Shown: in pieces, positions 31,369 through 42,858 of the stretch | Layout: every line of letters begins with the position of its first letter | Position numbering within the stretch: position 1 is the stretch's first letter | Notes under the pieces: model-generated | The model's input: only the letters and a program-made list of their open reading frames with translations | Told to the model about the DNA's origin: nothing | The model's database searches: none | Program-made: the position numbers and the translations under genes | Assembly (NCBI GenBank): GCA_963713615.1 | Contig: CAVQMM010000001.1 | Coordinates: forward strand, 3,040,001-3,104,000 | Reading direction: 5' to 3' | DNA from: an uncultured Chlamydiae bacterium | Lineage (GTDB): Bacteria > Chlamydiota > Chlamydiia > Chlamydiales > JAJFMA01 | Length of the DNA stretch: 64,000 bases

Positions 31369-31522
31369 GAATAGAATGGAGTTTATAAGGTTTTTGCAGA
31401 AGTCTTGTGCTACACACACCATCGAATAACACACAGATCTACAAAAAATCCACAAAAAATCCCTTGTCATCAATCAACAAATAAATTAGCTTCTCCAAAG
31501 TAAAAATTTTGGAGGTAAGGCC

Positions 31523-34500
31523 ATGTTTCGTATCCTTCGTCTACTGCTTATTGCCCTTTTGGCATGCTCTGTAAGGACATATTCTCAGGAAAAACCACCT
31601 TTGGAGATGCGCTTAGGCCCTGATGCGCTGCCCCTAGCCACGGTATACGACTGTGTAAACGTCATTACAGGTGAGTTTTTTCTCTCCGATACAACGGTAG
31701 CTACAGAAGGTCCTAACGCACTGCTTTATTCACATTGCTATGACAGCTCTTCTAGGAGTAAGTATATCACACATAGTCCTCATGGATATGGCTTCGGCAT
31801 GGATTTTCCACTCAAACTGAGTGGACTATCCGCTTCAGGAATCAAAGATAGACCTTATGAAGTGTTCTTAGAAGAGCGAGAAGGGTCCGCTACAAAGTAC
31901 CTTGGCGTGTCATTGGGCGGCGATGCGGTTTTAGCGACTGTCGATGAAGCCATTTACACCAAACATGGTCAAACCAATTATGCCGGCGGGGGTATTTGTG
32001 GCGCTGATACCGTTAAGAACATCAAGCTACATTTCACAGGACTCAGCCCACGCCTCAACACGTCTAAATGCTGCAATCTCGGTCAATGTGAGATGTCATT
32101 TGGCTCAGGAGCCCACCGAACCTACTCTTGGCTATCACACGATACCCACTACCATAGCTCGTGGTACTTGAAGCATGAATCGCAGCCCAATGGTCATCAG
32201 CGGTATTTCGAGTACGATTCTGGAAATCTCCTGACTGAGATACGAAGCACCAACGCGAACGGCGACCTAACCTTCAATACCCTCAAAGTTGACAAAGTTG
32301 ACAATGGCTTTAAAGTAACAGCGAGTAATGGCCTATCCACTTCTTATGTCATCGAAGCGATCTACTGCAAGAACAAGAAGAAGGGGGAAAGAGGACCTTG
32401 CCCATTCATTCGGCAAATCATCCCCTCTAATGGACCGCCAGTGACGTTAACCTATCAGTACAAGACGAGCGATTCGGAAGCAGAGTATTATTGCAAATTA
32501 CGAAAACTCGAAAAGCCAGAGAATCATCACCTTTACATCAATTACCACGGAGATGGCAAGGTGTCCGATCTACAGATTCCTTATCCCCAGGGTCCTAAGA
32601 GGAAAAAACGGATCACCCTAGCAAGGTTTGAGTACAAGGATACGTATACAGACGTCTACGATGCCCATGGCATTCGTACCGCCTACGCTAGATCACCCGA
32701 AAAACGGATCGTGGCGATCGATAAATTCACGAGGCACAATCAGTACTACTCCACCATGCGTTATTACTGGTGCAAGGAGGGGGTAAATTTAGGAAATCTA
32801 CTCGCCAAAGGCCTATTCATCCCTGTTCCTAGAAATCCCTGTCTATATATCACTGTAGGAGCATACGATGATCGCAACAACCTCATCAGCGAAGACTTTT
32901 ACGGCAATCTCTCTGGCAATAACGATGCCAGCTTTGAACTTAGGGCGGACCATCGTCCTGATCGACCCGTCGAATGCTTCAGTCGAATAATGTCCTACTC
33001 CAATGATCGCTTCAATCTTCCTGTGCGTGAAGAATGCAGCGATGGCAAGGTCATCGCCATGGCCTACCTACCCGAAACAAACCTGCTGACCTCCAAACTC
33101 CTTGGAGACCATCAAAAATGGTACCAGAGAGAATTTCGCTCTTATGACTCCAATCACCTGCTCATTGAAATGATCACCGATGATGGCTCAGGCACGCACC
33201 AAGAGGATCTCACTGATGTTACCTGTCGTAAAATCACTACGATCGTGCCCCGTCTTACTGCTCCAGCCGTGGGTTTTCCGCAAACAACCATCGAAAGCTA
33301 CCTCGACTTGACCACGGGTGAACAAAAACAACTGAGACGCATTGAAAACATTTACAACGCCAGCGAGCTCTTGATTCGCCAAGACCTCTACGATGCCAAC
33401 GACCAGTTTTGCTACACACTAGCGTTCGACTATGACAACAAACGCAATCTCATCCGTCAGACCGATGCTCTGGGTCAAACCACCACCATGGCCTATGACG
33501 AAAACAAGAACAAAATCCGTGAAAAGCTAGAGGGTTCTGGATTCCATACGCTCTTCTCATACGATTTGATGGATCGTCTCATTAAGCGGGTCGAGAAACA
33601 TGATGATGGCCCCTGCTTTATCACAGAATATTGCTATGACCTTGTGGGCAACAGGATAGCTCAGGTGGAGTCCTACAATTCCATCGGTTCAGAACATGCC
33701 GATGGCACTGGGACAACAACCCACTTCAAATATGATGAGTTTGGAAGAGAAATCGAGGTCCAGTATCCTCCCTGTGCAACACTAGGACAGGGATACCAGC
33801 CCTCTTGGGTTCGAAAGGAGTACAATGTCCTTGACCAGCTCACAGCAGTCATTGATCAAAAGGGGCACAAAACAACCACCTCCTACAATGTACGGGGGCA
33901 GCCCGTTTGCATCACCTATCCCGATGGAACCCAAGAACGCTGTCAGTATCACCTCAACGGAGTCCTAGCAAAAAAATGGGAGAAAGAGGGACTGTGTCAT
34001 CACTATACCTACGATGGGTTTAGTCGCCTGATTCGCACCGATACCTATGACAGCCTGGGTATTCTGCAATACTCGCTTGAAAAGGAATATACGGGAGCCC
34101 ATCCCACGAGGGAAACTGACGCTCTGGGTTATTCCACCACCTTTGAGTACGACTTCGCTGGACGCAAAATAAATGAACGCAAGGAGGGCACGGGAGCATT
34201 TAGCCTATCCACCTTCGCCTATGATTCTCTGGGAAGATTGAGGACTACTCGGCAGTATTTTGGAAGTGCCGAGCCTGACTACATCGCGCAAATCCAGGAA
34301 TACGATTTTCTCGATAGGGTCATTGAGACACGCATTGAAGACTCCTCAGGAAAAATCCTTCGTAAAGAAACCCACCTCTTTGATCGACTTGGCAACCGAA
34401 CACAAACACACGTTTATTCTTCGGAGAATGTTTGCAGTACCACACAAACACTCTATGACTCGCATGGCATGCCCATCCAGCAGATTGATGCCTTAGGCAA

Positions 34501-37015
34501 CATCACCCAGATTGCCTATAATTATGAATATCGCAATGCACACAATCAGAAAGTTCTGCAAAAAACCACCACGGATCCTTTGGGTAACATGACTGTGGAG
34601 ACCTATGATGCTCTGCATCGTGTCGTCTGTGTGGAAAGGCGCAATGTCAAAGGCCTTACCACAGCCTTACAAGAAGTCTGTTATGATTCTGTTGGGCAGA
34701 AAATCCGCCAGCGCGAGAAAGTGATTACCTTTGGTACGCCCTCCCGAGACTATATCGTGAGCTGGGAATACGACAGCATGCAGCGTCCCCTAACAATGCT
34801 TGAGCAGGGCGATGCGCTCTTCAAAGCCACGAGCTATGCCTATGATGCTTATGGACGCCTTTCAGAGCTCACCAAGCCCGATGGGGTTACCTTGCACCAC
34901 ACCTACGATGCCCTAGGACGACTTGCGACCCTCACCTCCTCAGACAATACTCTTGCGTATCGCTATGTTTATGACCTGCATGGCAACCCGATTGAAACGA
35001 CGGATCTAACAACCCAACTCACCACCAGGCGCCAGTACGATCCCTGGAACCGTATGGTGAGCGATCAATTGGCGAATGGCATGATCTGTCACTATGCCTA
35101 TGATTCATTAGGCCGTCTAACAAACATGTCTCTGCCTGACCATTCGAGCATTGAATATACCTACAATGGCCTTGAAATCCGTACCATTGATCGACGCGAT
35201 ACTCAGGGGAACTCTCAATATCAGCATCATTATTTGAATTACGATTTGGCTGGACGTGAACTTGCTGCGCAGCTGATCGGGTTGGCAGGTCAGCAGCAAA
35301 GCGTGTGGGATGCTCTTGGACGTAACACTCAAATCATCACCAAGGCTTGGTCTCAACAAATTCCTCCAGATGGGTACGACGGTGTGGGAAATCTGCGTTG
35401 TATTCACAAGAAAGACATTTTTGGGGCGATTACTGAGAATTATCACTACGATGACCTCTATCAGCTAATCGGTGAAGATGGACCTTTGACGCATACGTAT
35501 GCTTATGATTCGCTGCAAAATCGCCTTCAAAAGGACATGCAACCCTATGCAGTGAATGGCTTAAACCAGATTACATCGGATTCAATCACCAGCTATGCAT
35601 ATGATTTAAATGGTAATCGCATCCGAAAGGATGCGCCGCAAGCCTCAACCCAGTATGTCTATGATGCCTTAAATCGCCTGGTTGTTGCTGAGCAGCCAAA
35701 CGCTTGGCAAGTCCGTTACAGCTATGATGCGTTTGGCAGACGCCTGACGCGAACCCTTTGTACCTGGAATGGTGAGTGGAACGAATCTGAAACGGTCTCT
35801 TACTTATATCAAGGGCAAAAAGAGATTGGGATGCTTCGTGAGGGGCATATCGATCAATTGCGTGTATTGGGTCACGGAAAAGGAGCGGAACTAGGCGCCG
35901 CTATCGCTTTAGAACTCCGTGGGCAAATCTATACACCCATTCACGATCATCGCGGCAACGTGTGCTGCTTGATAGACAGCACAACCGGCAACGTTGTAGA
36001 AGGGTATCGCTATACTGCCTTTGGTGAATTCATTCTTTATGACCATCAAGGCATTTCTTTAGACCAATCCTTGGTAGGCAATCCCTGGCTCTTTGCGAGT
36101 AAGCGTTTAGATGCGCATACGGACCTATTTCAGTTTGGTCGACGCGACTACGACCGTAATCTAGGACGTTGGTTGACTCCCGACCCTCAGGGCTACGCTG
36201 ATGGACCCAATCTCTATGCCTATGTCCACAACAGCCCCCTGATGTTTTTGGACCTCTGGGGGCTTAAGGCTAACTTATACGACCGCAATAGGGCTGGAGT
36301 GCATGCAAGAGCTAGTGTCGGTTGTAGGTCCGCAAGCAGAGAAGATTCTGATCGAAGCGGCAGCAGCAGCACCAGCTCTGCTGAACCAAGCGGGAACAGA
36401 ACTGTCTATCATAATTATTCCAATTCGCCAGACTATGGAATGAGTTGGGTCAACGATGCTGTTTGGAGCTATCGAGGCTTTAAAAGTAGTTGGAGTCAGT
36501 GGGATGCGCAAGAAAGAGCAATAACTTGCCTAGAATGCCTGAATGAAAGCGCCAACATGATGAGTGCGGCATCTATTGTAATTCCGGTCTTTCGACTAGC
36601 TGCTGCTCCAGTTCGAGTTACCACAGGGCTAGCCCTCAAGGTTCTTCGACAAGCTCCGAAGGCTAAAAGTCCTGAATCTGTTTCTGGTGCGGGCTTGGCT
36701 ATCAAAGACAGTTCACCTGGAATACGATTGCCTAAAGATTTGCAACCGGGAGTAGCGGTTACCAGGGTGACCGGTTATTCTAAGCACGGCTTGAATCAGG
36801 CAATCAGTAGAAACGATGGTAGGGGAGTCAGCTTGAAGGAGATGTTGCAAGCACTAAAGGCTCCTAAAAAGGTAATTGAGCAGGCCGATGGCGCGAAGAA
36901 ATTTATTGGTGAGAATGCAATAGTTGTCGTAAATTCCGAGGGGAAAATTATAACCACCTTTGGTCGGGCTCGAGGACCACAAGTTTGGGATTCTTGCGGA
37001 GTTGTGCAACCTTAG
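31523..37015 (+). CDS. RHS polymorphic toxin 2 with signal peptide and a C-terminal BECR/colicin-E5-like RNase candidate
   Basis: GGAGG RBS, signal peptide, YD repeats, core end DLWGL and tail SKHGLNQAISR..GRGVS...IVVVNSEGKIITT. Confidence 0.9.
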   Translation: MFRILRLLLIALLACSVRTYSQEKPPLEMRLGPDALPLATVYDCVNVITGEFFLSDTTVATEGPNALLYSHCYDSSSRSKYITHSPHGYGFGMDFPLKLSGLSASGIKDRPYEVFLEEREGSATKYLGVSLGGDAVLATVDEAIYTKHGQTNYAGGGICGADTVKNIKLHFTGLSPRLNTSKCCNLGQCEMSFGSGAHRTYSWLSHDTHYHSSWYLKHESQPNGHQRYFEYDSGNLLTEIRSTNANGDLTFNTLKVDKVDNGFKVTASNGLSTSYVIEAIYCKNKKKGERGPCPFIRQIIPSNGPPVTLTYQYKTSDSEAEYYCKLRKLEKPENHHLYINYHGDGKVSDLQIPYPQGPKRKKRITLARFEYKDTYTDVYDAHGIRTAYARSPEKRIVAIDKFTRHNQYYSTMRYYWCKEGVNLGNLLAKGLFIPVPRNPCLYITVGAYDDRNNLISEDFYGNLSGNNDASFELRADHRPDRPVECFSRIMSYSNDRFNLPVREECSDGKVIAMAYLPETNLLTSKLLGDHQKWYQREFRSYDSNHLLIEMITDDGSGTHQEDLTDVTCRKITTIVPRLTAPAVGFPQTTIESYLDLTTGEQKQLRRIENIYNASELLIRQDLYDANDQFCYTLAFDYDNKRNLIRQTDALGQTTTMAYDENKNKIREKLEGSGFHTLFSYDLMDRLIKRVEKHDDGPCFITEYCYDLVGNRIAQVESYNSIGSEHADGTGTTTHFKYDEFGREIEVQYPPCATLGQGYQPSWVRKEYNVLDQLTAVIDQKGHKTTTSYNVRGQPVCITYPDGTQERCQYHLNGVLAKKWEKEGLCHHYTYDGFSRLIRTDTYDSLGILQYSLEKEYTGAHPTRETDALGYSTTFEYDFAGRKINERKEGTGAFSLSTFAYDSLGRLRTTRQYFGSAEPDYIAQIQEYDFLDRVIETRIEDSSGKILRKETHLFDRLGNRTQTHVYSSENVCSTTQTLYDSHGMPIQQIDALGNITQIAYNYEYRNAHNQKVLQKTTTDPLGNMTVETYDALHRVVCVERRNVKGLTTALQEVCYDSVGQKIRQREKVITFGTPSRDYIVSWEYDSMQRPLTMLEQGDALFKATSYAYDAYGRLSELTKPDGVTLHHTYDALGRLATLTSSDNTLAYRYVYDLHGNPIETTDLTTQLTTRRQYDPWNRMVSDQLANGMICHYAYDSLGRLTNMSLPDHSSIEYTYNGLEIRTIDRRDTQGNSQYQHHYLNYDLAGRELAAQLIGLAGQQQSVWDALGRNTQIITKAWSQQIPPDGYDGVGNLRCIHKKDIFGAITENYHYDDLYQLIGEDGPLTHTYAYDSLQNRLQKDMQPYAVNGLNQITSDSITSYAYDLNGNRIRKDAPQASTQYVYDALNRLVVAEQPNAWQVRYSYDAFGRRLTRTLCTWNGEWNESETVSYLYQGQKEIGMLREGHIDQLRVLGHGKGAELGAAIALELRGQIYTPIHDHRGNVCCLIDSTTGNVVEGYRYTAFGEFILYDHQGISLDQSLVGNPWLFASKRLDAHTDLFQFGRRDYDRNLGRWLTPDPQGYADGPNLYAYVHNSPLMFLDLWGLKANLYDRNRAGVHARASVGCRSASREDSDRSGSSSTSSAEPSGNRTVYHNYSNSPDYGMSWVNDAVWSYRGFKSSWSQWDAQERAITCLECLNESANMMSAASIVIPVFRLAAAPVRVTTGLALKVLRQAPKAKSPESVSGAGLAIKDSSPGIRLPKDLQPGVAVTRVTGYSKHGLNQAISRNDGRGVSLKEMLQALKAPKKVIEQADGAKKFIGENAIVVVNSEGKIITTFGRARGPQVWDSCGVVQP

Positions 37016-37030
37016 CATGAACCAGGGACT

Positions 37031-37318
37031 ATGATGAGCAGTAAACAAATTATATTAAAAACAGAACAAGTAAATCTACTATTGAGTGTCTTAAAAAATG
37101 CTAATTTAGTTAATAAGTTGAATAAGTTTATATCTAATGGTTTGTTAAAAGAAAGCGGCTATGAGACAGATAGGTATTTAATAACGTTAACTGATTCAGA
37201 AATAGAAATTGTTTTAAATGAACTGACTTTTTATCTAACATCTTATGGATTAGATAAAAATGTAGAAGTGAATAAAACAGGGTTGAAAATTGAAGAGTTA
37301 ATAGACTTATTTTATTGA
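37031..37318 (+). CDS. Putative immunity protein of RHS2
   Basis: Small, very AT-rich ORF immediately downstream of the toxin tip. Confidence 0.75.
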   Translation: MMSSKQIILKTEQVNLLLSVLKNANLVNKLNKFISNGLLKESGYETDRYLITLTDSEIEIVLNELTFYLTSYGLDKNVEVNKTGLKIEELIDLFY

Positions 37319-37345
37319 CTCCTTGCTATCCAAGGCTTGCTTAAG

Positions 37346-37443
37346 GGTTCATCCGGTTAATGAGTGCGTCTGTTCATGCAGATGAAGCAGTCGCAGCTTA
37401 AAGTATTCCATGTCTCTGAATCCGTATGCTTGGCGTTTAAGGG
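37346..37443 (-). mobile_element. ISL3 right-end remnant
   Basis: LKRQAYGFRDMEYFKLRL is the ISL3 transposase C-terminal motif, followed by a GG-terminated end. Confidence 0.75.
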
Positions 37444-37530
37444 CTTCCCACACATCACATCGATGCTCTGGGGAACACCACCCTGATCGCCTATAATCAC
37501 CACCACCAGAATGCTCATGGACAAAAGGTT

Positions 37531-40077
37531 TTGCAGAAAACCACCACAGATCCACTTGGCAATCAGACCGTCGAAACCTTTGATGCTTTGTACCGCTTGG
37601 TATGCGTCGAAAAGCGTAATACCAAAGGCTTAGCGACCGCTCTGCAAGAAGTCTGCTACAGCCCCACTGGAGAGAAAGTACGCCAACGTGAAAAAGTCAT
37701 TACCTTCGGACAGCCCTCTCATGACTACATCATCAGCTGGTGTTATGACAGTATGCAGCGTCCGTTAAAAATGACTGAGCAAGGAGGAGCTTTATCGAAA
37801 GTCACCAACTATACTTACGACTCCGTGGGGAGACTGCAAACCCTCACCAAACCCGATGGCATCACCCTGCATCACCAATACGACTCGCTAGGTCGTCTAG
37901 CCAGGCTAACCTCTTCGGATGGAACGATTGACTATCACTATACTTATGACCTGCACAATAATCCCATTACCACCACCGACCTATGCTCACAGAGATCCAC
38001 CAGGCGTGAATATGACGCTTGGAACCATCTTGTTTTTGAAAAATTGGCTAACGAAACATGTTTTAGATATCGCTATGATAATCTCGAACGCCTCACTCAC
38101 GTGACTCTGCCCGATTTAGGAAGCATTGAATATTCCTACTATGGTCTAGAGCTTAGCAAAGTGAGTCGGTTCGACCCTCAAGGTCGTCTGCTCTACGAAC
38201 ATGCCTACTTGGATTATGATTTGGTTGGACGAGAACTAGCCTCACAGCTCATAGGGAAAGCTGGTCACCAGACAAGGCAGTGGGATGCGTTAGGACACAA
38301 TACTAAAATAGAAACCCCCTTTTGGTCTCAAGATATTCCAGAGAATGGCTTTGACCCTGTGGGTAACCTAAGCCACGTTTACAAGAGAGACCCTCTTGGC
38401 TCTGCGGAAGAACATTATCACTATGACGATCTCTACCAGCTAGTTGCAGAAGAGGGACCTTTAGCACACACCTATGCTTACGATTCCTTGCAAAACAGAC
38501 GGCAAAAAGATGCTCACCCCTATTCTGTGAATGAATTAAATCAAACACTCTCCTGTTCAGAAGCTCGCTATGAGTATGACCTGGATGGAAATCGGATAGG
38601 AAAAACTGAAGCTGACACGACGACCCACTATATCTATGACGCACTGAACCGCTTGACCTCCGTAGAACAACGCCAGAAATGGCGGGTAACTTATAGCTAC
38701 GACACATTCGGAAGGCGTTTAGCGCGCACTCTTTCGACCTGGAATATTAATGGCTGGTCTGACCCTCAAACCACTTCCTACCTCTATCAGGGCCAGAAGG
38801 AAATTGGAGCCATGGAGAATGGCCATATCATTCAGCTCAGAGTACTGGGAAATGGGAAAGGAGCCGAGCTCGGCGCTGCCATTGCATTAGAGCTAAATCA
38901 GAAAGTCTATGCGCCTACTCATGACCATCGAGGAAACGTCTGCTGCCTCGTGGACAGTGAAACAGGCATTGTCGTTGAAGGCTATCGTTATAGTGCATTT
39001 GGGGAACTTAAAATTTACGATGCGGCCAATGTTGCTCAAGCGCATTCAACAATCGCTAACCCATGGCTATTCGCTAGTAAGCGCCTCGATTCGCATACAG
39101 GGTTATTCCAATTTGGCAAGCGCGACTATGATACTTCGATAGGACGTTGGCTAACACCCGATCCACAAGGCTTTTCAGACGGACCCAACCTCTACGCCTA
39201 TGTGCACAATAATCCGTTGACCCTTATAGACCCTTGGGGACTCAGTGCTCTGTATGACCGAAATAAAGCGGCGGACAGTGGGCGAAAGACCAGCACTTCA
39301 AGGAACTGGGAATCACGCAGAGACAGCGTTCAAAGAGAGTCCACATATTCAAACTCTCATACATCAAGTGCTTGTAAGGGGATATGTGCCGGTATAGCAG
39401 ATTTTGGGTTATCCGTTTGTCATAGCTTTTGCGATTGTTTCTGCAATATAGGCCTATGGGATTCAGAATGTCCATCCGATGAGAAGTGTGCCATTAGGGA
39501 TTGCATTGACCAAACGCAGGAAACACATCGGCAATCCTTTGAGCAAGGGACGATGAATTTCTTGGGTATTGATCCCTCCGATATGACTTATCAAAATTAT
39601 CGCTATGGTGCTACAATGGCCTGTGAGGCAGCAGCCCTAGTATCTGGTGGATGGGGTTTAGCAAAGTTAGGTTGGTCTGTTGGAAAATTCGCTATAAGAG
39701 GGATTTCTACAGCGTTACCAAAGTTGCCAGTAACGTTAAACCGCTTTCACTTAAATGCCAGCCAGCTTCCCCCCACCGCCCAAAACAATATTCGCATACT
39801 ACGCGGCTGGGCCAAAAGCAAAGGATGGGAAAAACTGCCAAATCCCCATGGTGCGCCTGAAAAATGGGGGATATATAAAAATGGAGAATTTGAGTGGAGA
39901 CTGAACATTAAAAGTGAGCCCAGTGTTTCAGCTAACCTGAAGGCTGACAGTTACCTCCCGAGGTTTGATGCAAGATTAGATATTGGAGGTAGTCAATTTA
40001 TCAATCCGTTTTCAGGTCAAATTGGTGGCAGAGCAATAGGAACTCATTTGCCATTGGAAATGAATTATATTCAATAA
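37531..40077 (+). CDS. Orphan RHS core + toxin, allele A (no native start)
   Basis: Begins mid-core (LQKTTTDPLGN), DPWGL, Cys-rich linker and tip ending PRFDARL...INPFSG...GTHLPL. Confidence 0.85.
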   Translation: MQKTTTDPLGNQTVETFDALYRLVCVEKRNTKGLATALQEVCYSPTGEKVRQREKVITFGQPSHDYIISWCYDSMQRPLKMTEQGGALSKVTNYTYDSVGRLQTLTKPDGITLHHQYDSLGRLARLTSSDGTIDYHYTYDLHNNPITTTDLCSQRSTRREYDAWNHLVFEKLANETCFRYRYDNLERLTHVTLPDLGSIEYSYYGLELSKVSRFDPQGRLLYEHAYLDYDLVGRELASQLIGKAGHQTRQWDALGHNTKIETPFWSQDIPENGFDPVGNLSHVYKRDPLGSAEEHYHYDDLYQLVAEEGPLAHTYAYDSLQNRRQKDAHPYSVNELNQTLSCSEARYEYDLDGNRIGKTEADTTTHYIYDALNRLTSVEQRQKWRVTYSYDTFGRRLARTLSTWNINGWSDPQTTSYLYQGQKEIGAMENGHIIQLRVLGNGKGAELGAAIALELNQKVYAPTHDHRGNVCCLVDSETGIVVEGYRYSAFGELKIYDAANVAQAHSTIANPWLFASKRLDSHTGLFQFGKRDYDTSIGRWLTPDPQGFSDGPNLYAYVHNNPLTLIDPWGLSALYDRNKAADSGRKTSTSRNWESRRDSVQRESTYSNSHTSSACKGICAGIADFGLSVCHSFCDCFCNIGLWDSECPSDEKCAIRDCIDQTQETHRQSFEQGTMNFLGIDPSDMTYQNYRYGATMACEAAALVSGGWGLAKLGWSVGKFAIRGISTALPKLPVTLNRFHLNASQLPPTAQNNIRILRGWAKSKGWEKLPNPHGAPEKWGIYKNGEFEWRLNIKSEPSVSANLKADSYLPRFDARLDIGGSQFINPFSGQIGGRAIGTHLPLEMNYIQ

Positions 40078-40092
40078 TATAAAGGCAAAATT

Positions 40093-40422
40093 ATGTCCGC
40101 GAATATTCAAGGGCTTATCAGAGTTCTTTTAGACCCTTTGGCTCGAGAGGATGAAAGACATGATGCCGCCATGGATCTTGGCGATTTTAGCGACGATAGA
40201 GCATTAGATGCTCTGATAATAATTGGAACCAATTTGTCGGAAAATGCTATTATTTTGGATGCAGTTGGAGAATCTATAGGGGAAATATTAGTTAAACGAA
40301 ATAAATATAATGAAAAATTAATCAACAGTCTAGCTCCGATAGCGCAGAAAACTGCCATGGCTTACATTCATTCACATAAGCAAGAGTGGGTGGAGGGCGG
40401 GCCGGGCGGGGGACAGGCCTGA
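40093..40422 (+). CDS. HEAT-like immunity protein A
   Basis: LLDPLAREDERHDAAMDLG...GESIGEIL, directly after the toxin. Confidence 0.85.
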   Translation: MSANIQGLIRVLLDPLAREDERHDAAMDLGDFSDDRALDALIIIGTNLSENAIILDAVGESIGEILVKRNKYNEKLINSLAPIAQKTAMAYIHSHKQEWVEGGPGGGQA

Positions 40423-40429
40423 CACTATG

Positions 40430-42494
40430 CGCTTGGAACCATCTTGTTTTAGAATAATTGGCGAACGAAACATGTTTTAGATATCGCTATGATAATCTCG
40501 AACGCCTCACTCACGTGACTCTGCCCGATTTAGGAAGCATTGAATATTCCTACCATGGTCTAGAGCTTAGCAAAGTGAGTCGATTCGACCCTCAAAGTCG
40601 TCTGCTCTACGAACATGCCTACTTGGACTAAGACTTGGCTGGACGAGAACTAGCCTCACAGCTCATTGGGAAAGCTGGTCACCAGACAAGGCAGTGGGAT
40701 GCATTAGGACACAATACCAAAATAGAAACCCCCTTTTGGTCTCAAGATATTCCAGAGAACGGCTTTGACCCTGTGGGTAACCTAAGCCACGTTTACAAGA
40801 GAGACCCTCTTGGCTCTGCGGAAGAACATTATCACTATGACGATCTCTACCAGCTAGTTGCAGAAGAGGGACCTTTAGCACACACCTATGCTTACGATTC
40901 CTTGCAAAACAGACGGCAAAAAGATGCTCACCCCTATTCTGTGAATGAATTAAATCAAACACTCTCCTGCTCAGAAGCTCGCTATGAGTATGACCTGGAT
41001 GGAAATCGGATAGGAAAAACTGAAGCTGACACGACGACCCACTATATCTATGACGCACTGAACCGCTTGACCTCCGTAGAACAACGCCAGAAATGGCGGG
41101 TAACTTATAGCTACGACACATTCGGAAGGCGTTTAGCGCGCACTCTTTCGACCTGGAATATTAATGGCTGGTCTGACCCTCAAACCACTTCCTATCTCTA
41201 TCAGGGCCAGAAGGAAATTGGAGCCATGGAGAATGGCCATATCATTCAGCTCAGAGTACTGGGAAATGGGAAAGGAGCCGAGCTCGGCGCTGCCATTGCA
41301 TTAGAGCTAAATCAGAAAGTCTATGCGCCTATTCATGACTATCGAGGAAACGTCTGCTGCCTTGTGGACAGTGAAACAGGCATTGCCGTTGAAAGCTATC
41401 GTTATAGTGCATTTGGGGAACTTAAAATTTACGATTCCGCCAATGTTGCTCAAGCGTACTCTACAATCGCTAACCCATGGTTATTCGCTAGTAAGCGTCT
41501 CGATTCGCATACAGGGTTATTCCAATTTGGCAAGCGCGACTACGATACTTCGATAGGACGCTGGCTAACACCCGATCCACAGGGCTTTTCAGACGGACCT
41601 AACCTCTATGCTTATGTGCACAATAATCCGTTGACCCTCTTGGATCTTTGGGGACTCAGTGCTTTGTATGACCGAAATAAAGCGGCGGACAGTGGGCGAA
41701 AGACCAGCACTTCAAAGAACAGGGAATCACGCGGTGATAACGTTCAAAGGGAGTCCAATTATTCAAACTCCCGTGCATCAAGTGCTTGTAAGGGGATATG
41801 TGCCGGTATAGCAGATTTTGGGTTATCCGTTTGTCATAGCTTCTGCGATTGTTTCTGCAATGTTGGACTATGGGATTCAGAATGTCCATCCGAGGAAAAG
41901 TGTGCTATCAGGGATTGTATCGACCAAACGCAGGAAACACATCGGCACTCCTTTGAGCAAGGGACGATGAATTTCTTGGGTATTGATCCCTCCGATATGA
42001 CTTACCAAAATTATCGCTATGGTGCTACAATAGCCTGTGAGGCAGTAGCCCTAGTATCGGGTGGATGGGGCTTAGCAAAGTTAGGTTGGTCTGTTGGAAA
42101 ATTCGCTATAAGAGGAATCTCCACAACGTTACCAAAGTTACCGGTAACATTAAACCGCTTTCACTTCAATGCCAGCCTGCTTTCCCCTACCGCCCAAAAC
42201 AATATTCGCATACTACGCGGCTGGGCCAAAAGCAAAGGATGGGAAAAATTGCCTAACCCTACAGGTAAGCCAGAGCAATGGGGTATTTATCAAAATGAAA
42301 AATTTGACTGGCGAATCAAAATAAAGTCTGAGCCGAGCGTAAACAGTAATCTCCAAAGTGATAGTTATCGCCCAAGATTTGACGCTCGCCTGAAGGGGGA
42401 TGGAAGTTCAGGTAATGACTATATTAATCCATTTACTTCCGAAATTGGTAATAAATCTATAGGAAGGCATCTTCCATTGGATCAAGAATATTGA
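40430..42494 (+). pseudogene. Orphan RHS core + toxin, allele B
   Basis: ~1.8-kb near-identical repeat of 38016-39846 with an in-frame TAA at 40629-40631 and a divergent tip. Confidence 0.85.
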
Positions 42495-42507
42495 TGGAGA
42501 AATTTAT

Positions 42508-42813
42508 ATGGTTGATTTAATAGATGGCTTGATTACAGTATTGTTTGATCATAACGCTCGGGTCGATGAACGTGATGATGCTGCTATGGATCTGGGAGAT
42601 TTCGACGATAAAAGAGCGTTAGAGGCACTTTCTGCAGTAGCATCAAATTCTCAAGAAGATGAGATGATATTAAATTCATCAGCCGAGTCTATCGCACAGA
42701 TTTTAGTGAGAAAAAAGGAATTTAAAAAAGATCTAATCAAGGGCTTGGTACCCATGGCTCAAGATATCATCATGTCTTACATAAAAGCCGGCAAACCTGA
42801 GTGGTTTCAATGA
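42508..42813 (+). CDS. HEAT-like immunity protein B
   Basis: LFDHNARVDERDDAAMDLG...AESIAQIL. Confidence 0.85.
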   Translation: MVDLIDGLITVLFDHNARVDERDDAAMDLGDFDDKRALEALSAVASNSQEDEMILNSSAESIAQILVRKKEFKKDLIKGLVPMAQDIIMSYIKAGKPEWFQ

Positions 42814-42858
42814 ACTTCATTCTGATTTCAAGAGCAGCGATTCTAATCACTAATTCAT

